A DNA stretch of 53,409 bases, taken from positions 1 through 53,409 of IMG/VR virus record IMGVR_UViG_3300028923_000001, one strand, 5' to 3'. Position numbers and translations under genes: made by a program. The stretch comes from a virus. Lineage: Duplodnaviria > Caudoviricetes. A model generated the notes under the pieces. That model did no database searches and was not told the origin of the DNA. It saw only the letters and a program-made list of their open reading frames with translations. Positions 47,295 through 53,409 of the stretch are shown here, in pieces (positions within the stretch are counted from its first letter, which is position 1; each line of letters opens with the position of its first letter).

Positions 47295-50200
47295 TCTGCT
47301 CCTGATGGTCTTGCTATGCGTGAGTGGACAAGGAGCACACAGAATAGGAATGGTTGTCGGAAACGACACGCTGACTACAACCGTGGATGATAGTCTGGCG
47401 AACATTCTCAGATATGATCTCGGTTATGTGGTTCGCAAAGTTCCGCAGGGATTCATGCGAGACTCGTCATCATCCTTCTGGCTGAACAACTTTGACGGGT
47501 TATTGCTGACGCAATACTGGTCAGGGATCGGTTCCTCCTATATGAGCACCTACGGATCGAATCTCGCGGCAATCGCCATCCCGATCGTCACACTCCATCG
47601 GGAGTCTTATCTGCCCTTGAAACTGGCGATGAATCCGGTTTACATCTCTTTCAGTTCTGGCGGCTATACGACCATGCGCAAACGGAGCACAACGCACTGG
47701 ATAACCAGGACGATGCCAGACACGCTTTTCTTTACATGGTCAGGAGGATTGTCAACGGGGCTCTTTGCGTGGTACAATCTGGCCGGCGGAGCAACGAATC
47801 TCTACACCAGAGGTCGCCAAACGAGTCCGCTATGGAACGACTCGACAATGATGATGGTGGTTGATTCCGGAGCAACTCTGACCGTGGGAACAGCACCAGA
47901 ACGGAGGGCAATGTTTGCCGGTTTCTGCCCGCTGGAACTGGATGGCAACATAGCGCCGCCGGGATGGTGTCACTGGAAAACGGCCTTTCGGCGACTATGC
48001 GCCTGGACATTCCACGACACAGCCAATGCCTACGTCAACGAGAGAGCATGCGCTACTCACTACGAGGAAGTCGAGTTCTGCTGGACCGAACTCGGGGATA
48101 CAATAGTCGGGACAAAAGATGGGGAGTATACCTATACCAGTCAACGATCCGGTGGAGACAGTGACAATCCCCCGACTAACTATGGCAAAGTCTTAGGATT
48201 CACAAAGATTAACAATCTGGCACGATATGTTCCGAACGGATACCAAGTCGATTCGATCAGATTCATCAGGCCAGTGATTGCCAATGACAATGCAACCGGA
48301 GGTTGGAGCTTCACTGAATACTGGCGGTATGTTACCCAACCGACAAAGTGGTACTGCCCGTGCCTGACCGATAACGCGACACAGGCGAACTACTGGGCGG
48401 GCGTTTTGGACGACTCGAACTGGGTGAATCGATTCCATATCTCCGGAGTCAGGTTCAACGCGATACCGTGGGACTCTGCCGACTTGGGGACTACCGACTA
48501 CAACGCCACGCCGTTCGATTCGATCTACTTCGACAAGGATGTACGACCGCCCGGGACAGCCGACACGATCATCATTCCGAAAGCCGTCTGTGACCTGTGG
48601 TTGGACAGTGCAAGCAACAACGGTATGATAGGCAAATCCGTCTATTGGACCGGAACAGCATCACCGAACGACGTGGAAGTGTCCCACGGAGACGCCCTTG
48701 AGAGTAACAGCGGAACAAAGATTGAGATCTTCATGTCGCGGGCGACAGTCGGAGACATAACCCCGTCGATCAGAATGTCAGCGTACATGTGTGGCGCGGA
48801 CGGGATCAGTGCGGACTCAGTGTTTCTGAAACAGACGGGAGACGACTCGACCTTCTTTCAGCGATACGAAAACCTGATCGGTCTCGGACAGGGAATGGAC
48901 TCTTACGCACATCAAATGTGGCGATACGCACCGAACGGGATCAAGAGCTTCTACACCAGTCCCTGCGACATGCCGGCGGGACACTCCCTGCCGACGGACA
49001 TCAATCTGCAGCGAAAGTACAACTTCTATACGAACACATTCAGCGAAGTCGACGAGCGCCTCTACCTGCATTATTGGGATGAAACGGTTTCGGACGGCCA
49101 CACGATCACAGGGACCTACTCGGCAAAAGCAGATGGAACACAACTGTGTAATGTCGTTGCCGCAGACTCGATTTCGAGGGCGTTCCACTATACTTGGTGG
49201 TGGGGAGGAAATACCTACACGTATCCGACACGGCCGTTGTTCAGCTTCTACAATGTCATGGCTGAAAACTTCGTGATGACGGCATTCCATTGGGTGATTC
49301 TGAACGACTCCAACGCGGCGTTCTTTCCGGCGGCCGATACCGCCTATCCGACATCTCTTTACTTTGACAACTATATCTATCGTCTCCAAACGACCAACGT
49401 GACCAGCGGCGGACATATCACAGAACTACCCGGTTATGACTGCACACTTCCACGATTGTCGGTAGCGAACGCTTCTGCGGATTCGGAATATCAGGAGAAT
49501 ATGTGGACGGCACTGCGCAACACCGACACTATCACGATAGGTTCAACGGGACAAAAGTGCCGCGCGCAGATCAATGTCGGATCGGAATGCGATTCGTGCT
49601 ACAACGACGACGGCCAACAGATAGGAATCTTCCCGGGAGGCGTCTACGGCTATAACGGTTTTCTGGACACCAACGAGGTGGGACATGTTACCCTGAACTT
49701 TGAGTTTGGCTTTGACCTACTGCAAGTGAAAGGTCAAGCGGGAAACTGGACGCTCGGCGAACTGGCTCAATACGATTCGATTGCGTGCGCCCGGGGAATT
49801 ACGTTCATGTACTGCGCGGCTCCGTGGGATCGACAAGCCAGGTTTTACAGGGAAGGAACATGGGACTATTTCGGCTTTTCGCAAGCCGCCTGGTCGCTCT
49901 ATATGCGGATGATCCTCTACCTGGCAACGCGGTCAGACTCGACCATGTTCTATCCCATGCCGGACTACTACCACGGAGCCTATCAGGGCTATGCTTTTGA
50001 TTGCCCAACGCTTAACGCCGCAGGGGCTTCATGGTACGATTGGACCGGAGACTCTGTCGTAACGGGAGATCATACGCAGAGTTTCGATACCCTCAGTTGG
50101 CAGGAGTGTCTGACCTACGACATCGGAAAGCCACAGGGAATGCCCTTTTTGATGGCGGACACAAGCTATCATTTCCCGGTCGGGTCGGATACCTGGCACG

Positions 50201-50523
50201 GGAAGGTCTGGAAGCGCTGGTATCAGAACGGCGCGTTTGTGCTGGTTCGCCCCTACGATCATGGAGACGTCGGACGCTGGGGAGCGGTGGCAGACACCTC
50301 GACCGGAGGAACACGGGATCTGACCCTGAATATTTCGCTCGGGGACACCTGCAAGGTACTCTTGCCGGACGGGACATTGTCGGACTCGACCTATACGACC
50401 TATCCGCTCAACCCGGCTGACGGATTCGTGTTCGTGCCGGCGACGGGATATACACCGCCCGGCAACGCGGTGTCGATGCGAATTTCAGGAACAAGACTCT
50501 CAGGAGTGAGGATAAGACGATGA
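47236..50523 (+). CDS. Exported multidomain protein with C-terminal GHL15-like domain; putative receptor-binding or depolymerase appendage
   Basis: GGAGG RBS before GTG 47236; LRCSLLLMVLLCVSGQGA; SLYFDNY, KVWKRWYQNGAFVLVRP; collinear similarity to host ORF 1-3447. Confidence 0.68.
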   Translation: MERTKKSEVESGLVRALRCSLLLMVLLCVSGQGAHRIGMVVGNDTLTTTVDDSLANILRYDLGYVVRKVPQGFMRDSSSSFWLNNFDGLLLTQYWSGIGSSYMSTYGSNLAAIAIPIVTLHRESYLPLKLAMNPVYISFSSGGYTTMRKRSTTHWITRTMPDTLFFTWSGGLSTGLFAWYNLAGGATNLYTRGRQTSPLWNDSTMMMVVDSGATLTVGTAPERRAMFAGFCPLELDGNIAPPGWCHWKTAFRRLCAWTFHDTANAYVNERACATHYEEVEFCWTELGDTIVGTKDGEYTYTSQRSGGDSDNPPTNYGKVLGFTKINNLARYVPNGYQVDSIRFIRPVIANDNATGGWSFTEYWRYVTQPTKWYCPCLTDNATQANYWAGVLDDSNWVNRFHISGVRFNAIPWDSADLGTTDYNATPFDSIYFDKDVRPPGTADTIIIPKAVCDLWLDSASNNGMIGKSVYWTGTASPNDVEVSHGDALESNSGTKIEIFMSRATVGDITPSIRMSAYMCGADGISADSVFLKQTGDDSTFFQRYENLIGLGQGMDSYAHQMWRYAPNGIKSFYTSPCDMPAGHSLPTDINLQRKYNFYTNTFSEVDERLYLHYWDETVSDGHTITGTYSAKADGTQLCNVVAADSISRAFHYTWWWGGNTYTYPTRPLFSFYNVMAENFVMTAFHWVILNDSNAAFFPAADTAYPTSLYFDNYIYRLQTTNVTSGGHITELPGYDCTLPRLSVANASADSEYQENMWTALRNTDTITIGSTGQKCRAQINVGSECDSCYNDDGQQIGIFPGGVYGYNGFLDTNEVGHVTLNFEFGFDLLQVKGQAGNWTLGELAQYDSIACARGITFMYCAAPWDRQARFYREGTWDYFGFSQAAWSLYMRMILYLATRSDSTMFYPMPDYYHGAYQGYAFDCPTLNAAGASWYDWTGDSVVTGDHTQSFDTLSWQECLTYDIGKPQGMPFLMADTSYHFPVGSDTWHGKVWKRWYQNGAFVLVRPYDHGDVGRWGAVADTSTGGTRDLTLNISLGDTCKVLLPDGTLSDSTYTTYPLNPADGFVFVPATGYTPPGNAVSMRISGTRLSGVRIRR

Positions 50524-51686
50524 GACGATGGTTGACTTTACTCTTCATGCTGCTGACGGTGAGCGCCGTCGCAGCACCGTACTGGCTGCACGTTTGGGGT
50601 ACTTTCGCTGAATCGAATGTCGGACAAGCCCCAGACCGAATTCGTTTGTGGCTATTTTACCCGGGCGGAGACACGTTAGTCAGTGACACTCTGATTACTC
50701 CAGCGGCGCACTTCAGCTTCGTCCGGGGTGTTGACACCGCAGGTGTCTACAGTGGCCGCATTGATTTTATCAACGGCAGTGATTCAACTCCAGTGGGAAA
50801 CAACTTCTTCACCTATCCCCTGTTGGACACCGGCAGTGTGACCTCTCTAGTGATCGCGGCATTGATAGCTCAGGATATTACCGCGACGATCGACTCGGCC
50901 TGGTTGTCAGCACTCGTAGCGGCGGCGATCCCCGACATCACGGCGAACATTGATTGGGAACAATTCCGAAAAGACGTGGCACTGGTGGTCTGGAATTATC
51001 TGTTGACGGACACAAGCGAAGGCGTGCCTGAAGCCAGTCGGACGATCGGGAATGCAGGAGGATTTGATGACGGCAACGAAGTGACGTTCTACGTCATCGA
51101 CACCGCCAACGGCGATGCAGAGGTATTGCAGCAGCAGTTGTTGATTCGCAGTAGTGGCGGAACGTTAGTGGGGTATCCGAAGACGAACAACGCGGGCGAA
51201 GCGATGGTGGTACTGCCGTCCGCGACCTACGGGATCTCGATGTTGTCGCCGACCTACTATTTGCCGCCGCGCAATGTGACGATCTCCGCAGCGGTGACGG
51301 AGACCCTGCGAGTCGCGGGATTGACAGTCCTGGAGCCGGTGGCAGCGGGACTCTGCATGGTACAGGGAACGGTCAAGGATGTGGACGGAGCGGCGTGCGC
51401 CTACTGTCAAGTGGTGTTCGAGCTCGAGGGCGCGACGGGAAACTGCGTCGACACGGTAGGGGGATTCACGATCATGGATAAGACGGCACGGACGTCGACG
51501 AACGCAGCAGGGACGTTCTCGAAGGAACTGGTTCGGACGGACTACATTCTGTGCGAAGCGGGAGAAAACAACACGAAGCCGAAGTGGCGGGCAACGATCT
51601 GGAAGGGAGAGCGCCGGGCAAGCGCACAGGAATGGAAGTTCTACACCGATTCGAGTTCGGTGAACATAGGGAGTCTGTTGAGATGA
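50520..51686 (+). CDS. Exported protein with transthyretin-like (carboxypeptidase-regulatory-like) domains
   Basis: MRRWLTLLFMLLTVSAVA; KTNNAGEAMVVLPSATY; VQGTVKDVDG...TNAAGTFS. Confidence 0.6.
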   Translation: MRRWLTLLFMLLTVSAVAAPYWLHVWGTFAESNVGQAPDRIRLWLFYPGGDTLVSDTLITPAAHFSFVRGVDTAGVYSGRIDFINGSDSTPVGNNFFTYPLLDTGSVTSLVIAALIAQDITATIDSAWLSALVAAAIPDITANIDWEQFRKDVALVVWNYLLTDTSEGVPEASRTIGNAGGFDDGNEVTFYVIDTANGDAEVLQQQLLIRSSGGTLVGYPKTNNAGEAMVVLPSATYGISMLSPTYYLPPRNVTISAAVTETLRVAGLTVLEPVAAGLCMVQGTVKDVDGAACAYCQVVFELEGATGNCVDTVGGFTIMDKTARTSTNAAGTFSKELVRTDYILCEAGENNTKPKWRATIWKGERRASAQEWKFYTDSSSVNIGSLLR

Positions 51687-52039
51687 AGTTCAAAACGGAA
51701 GAACTGGAAACGCAGTTTGCATCCCACGCACTGCAGGATCGACTGAGGAGGTTGCTGGTCGAACTTGATGGATTTATGTCCGAACAACTGATGCCGGAGA
51801 TGGTGGTGACGTCACTCATCCGGCCGCAGGATCTCAAAAGCGATCATCGGGACGGGCACGCCGCCGATATCCGAGCACACGACTTGAAGACGCCGGACCT
51901 GGCAGGCATCCTGAACTGGGTGCATGAGCACTACTGGCGCGAGACAAAAAGCGTTCATGGATGGCCAGCCCGAGCAGCGTATGCCCACGGTGAAGGGGAG
52001 AATTTCCACATTCATCTGACGGTCGACAGGTTGGTGTAA
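51683..52039 (+). CDS. Peptidase M15-like (LAS) endolysin
   Basis: VVTSLIR...SDHRDGHAADIR...HIH zinc-ligand pattern. Confidence 0.75.
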   Translation: MKFKTEELETQFASHALQDRLRRLLVELDGFMSEQLMPEMVVTSLIRPQDLKSDHRDGHAADIRAHDLKTPDLAGILNWVHEHYWRETKSVHGWPARAAYAHGEGENFHIHLTVDRLV

Positions 52040-52060
52040 CGGAGATCGGAGGACCAGATA

Positions 52061-52234
52061 ATGGCGAAGAAGGTTGGCGGGAAGACCGAGAAGCAATGGA
52101 AGGCATTCAAGGCGGATGTCTACAATAGTGAGGTGAAAGCCGGGAAGTCGCCGGAGAAAGCGGAAGATATCGCGTACGCGACGGCAACCAAGAACGGTTG
52201 GCGCCGTGGCGCATTTACAGCGAGGAGGAAGTGA
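52061..52234 (+). CDS. 57-aa basic ChaB-like protein (not in ORF track)
   Basis: GGAGG RBS; KQWKAFKADVYNSEVKAGKSPEKAEDIAYATATK. Confidence 0.5.
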   Translation: MAKKVGGKTEKQWKAFKADVYNSEVKAGKSPEKAEDIAYATATKNGWRRGAFTARRK

Positions 52235-52428
52235 TGCCGGAACACGTGACAATCTGGAACGTAATGATGCTGTTGCCGCCGTTGATTAACGCGCTTCAGC
52301 GTGCATACGTCAAGGCCAAGGCTGCGGACCCGAACAGTCTCAAGCCGAGTTGGAAGACCTGGGAATTCTGGTTGCTGGTGCTGACCAGTCTGACCGGAGC
52401 CGCTGGGACAGTAGCGGGCGGACAATAG
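52234..52428 (+). CDS. Holin-like membrane peptide
   Basis: GAGGAGG RBS; KPSWKTWEFWLLVLTSL; near endolysin. Confidence 0.5.
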   Translation: MPEHVTIWNVMMLLPPLINALQRAYVKAKAADPNSLKPSWKTWEFWLLVLTSLTGAAGTVAGGQ

Positions 52429-52429
52429 C

Positions 52430-52684
52430 ATGGGAGGACTGCTGGCGAGCGCGAATCTGGATGCGTTGACCAAACAGGGGTTTTGGATGAATCTGCACCT
52501 GGCGATCGTGCTGCTGACGCTGGGAGGAGTCGCATGCGTCCTTCCGGCAGTCTGGGAGTATTGCGTCGGCGCGCAGTTGCTGATCATCGGGTCGGTGTGG
52601 AAATTGAAACTGGTGTTGCCGGAGAAACCGACACACCCCTTAATCCCCTCTCAAGAGGGGAATGACATGAAGGAGAAGGTATGA
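52430..52684 (+). CDS. Small two-TM membrane protein
   Basis: Two hydrophobic segments. Confidence 0.45.
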   Translation: MGGLLASANLDALTKQGFWMNLHLAIVLLTLGGVACVLPAVWEYCVGAQLLIIGSVWKLKLVLPEKPTHPLIPSQEGNDMKEKV

Positions 52685-53208
52685 AGAGGATTTTCGTGGG
52701 GCTGGTGATTTTGGCGATGTTTGTCGTGCCGCCGGTGATGGCAGAGAGTACGTCCACGCTTGCGGGAATCGCCGCGGGTTGGACGGCGGATTACTTCAAC
52801 GAGGAGCCAATGCGTAACGTCGTCGAACGGGCACGGCCGGAAGCATCCGTAGTCCTGAGACTCAGCCAGAAGGTCTGGAGTATGCCGGGGATCGATTGGG
52901 CGACAAATACCGGACTGGTCAGAATTGTCGGTGCGATTTACACTCATGTCTACACCTGGAAATCGATATCGTTCTACACGGGAGGATCGATGTCGGCCCT
53001 GCAGTTTGCCACGGACGGCGTTGTCAAGGTGAACTCCCAACTCAGCGGATCGATCGACGTCGGAGGTACATGGAGAATTACCAAGGGTGTCCGAATGGGT
53101 CTGGCGCTGAAACAGGAAGCAGCGACCAAAATCGGCGACACTGAACCGATCGTGAAATCGGAAACGCGGGTGACGACACTCAAAATAGGGACGATTATCA
53201 GTTTGTGA
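52681..53208 (+). CDS. Exported, probably outer-membrane beta-stranded protein
   Basis: MKRIFVGLVILAMFVVPPVMA; amphipathic strands ending TLKIGTIISL. Confidence 0.55.
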   Translation: MKRIFVGLVILAMFVVPPVMAESTSTLAGIAAGWTADYFNEEPMRNVVERARPEASVVLRLSQKVWSMPGIDWATNTGLVRIVGAIYTHVYTWKSISFYTGGSMSALQFATDGVVKVNSQLSGSIDVGGTWRITKGVRMGLALKQEAATKIGDTEPIVKSETRVTTLKIGTIISL

Positions 53209-53252
53209 GCCCCACAGACGCTGCTCTGCCTGATCCTTGTAGCGTCTACGCA

Positions 53253-53288
53253 GGCCCCCGGGATTCACCCCCCCAGGGGCTTTTGTCT
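53253..53288 (+). terminator. Terminator-like hairpin closing the late operon
   Basis: GGCCCCCGGG...CCCAGGGGCT followed by TTTGTCT. Confidence 0.55.
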
Positions 53289-53409
53289 AGGTAGATCCCA
53301 ACCATGTCAGGACCGAAATCGCAATAGAAGCCCGTGGCGCGACGATCTCGGCGGCTGCCATACTCGATGCAGGGGACTCGAAGAACGTGGCAGCAGGGGC
53401 AGGTTGTGC

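Larger units (their letters stand above)
7951..52663 (+). repeat. CCCCTCTCAAGAGGGGAAT palindromes (family B), dispersed
   Basis: 7951-7969, 26033-26051, 27470-27488, 52645-52663; variant 28244-28261. Confidence 0.85.
4425..53409. mobile_element. Podovirus-like temperate prophage at tRNA-Thr; right end beyond the window
   Basis: Integrase adjacent to tRNA 3' end, divergent repressor module, then terminase-portal-scaffold-capsid-adaptor-nozzle-ejection-fibre-lysis order; no tape measure or sheath recognised. Confidence 0.92.

Noticed and set aside
43584-51686. Diversity-generating retroelement acting on fibre genes
   Set aside because: No reverse transcriptase and no TR/VR pair with adenine-specific mismatches seen; the only long repeat is exact.
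7777-52663. CRISPR array from the short repeats
   Set aside because: Copies are dispersed, without regular spacers, and there are no cas genes.
4425-53409. Stop-codon reassignment in the phage
   Set aside because: Long genes are intact in code 11 and end in TAA, TAG and TGA, often with coupled overlaps.

Overview
Positions 1-4424 are host chromosome, probably an FCB-group bacterium judging by a T9SS/FlgD-like C-terminal sorting domain. They hold a 5'-truncated secreted protein (putative glycoside-hydrolase-like domain plus tandem FN3/Ig-like repeats), an outer-membrane beta-barrel gene and tRNA-Thr(TGT). From about 4425 to the window end is a podovirus-like prophage beside the tRNA 3' end; no attR is visible. 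It carries integrase, cI/AbrB/xis, an early region, terminase, portal, scaffold, capsid, two adaptors, a DNA methyltransferase, nozzle, three ejection-type proteins, fibre/appendage proteins and a lysis cluster. Most striking: about eleven late-region proteins, including a probable adaptor, the nozzle and all fibre/appendage proteins, begin with Sec-type signal peptides, and most are rich in D-[S/T], the core of the Bacteroidota O-glycosylation sequon, whereas capsid, portal and ejection proteins lack signal peptides. This suggests a tailed phage that exports, and perhaps glycosylates, its tail parts in the periplasm. Also notable: a Tad1-like/unknown/Acb2-like anti-defence cassette behind a duplicated 216-bp structured leader, a phage paralogue of the neighbouring host gene, a rep/two-frame Dcm chimera, and four families of small palindromic repeats, many in frame inside genes. 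All protein family calls are from motif recognition by eye, not database searches.
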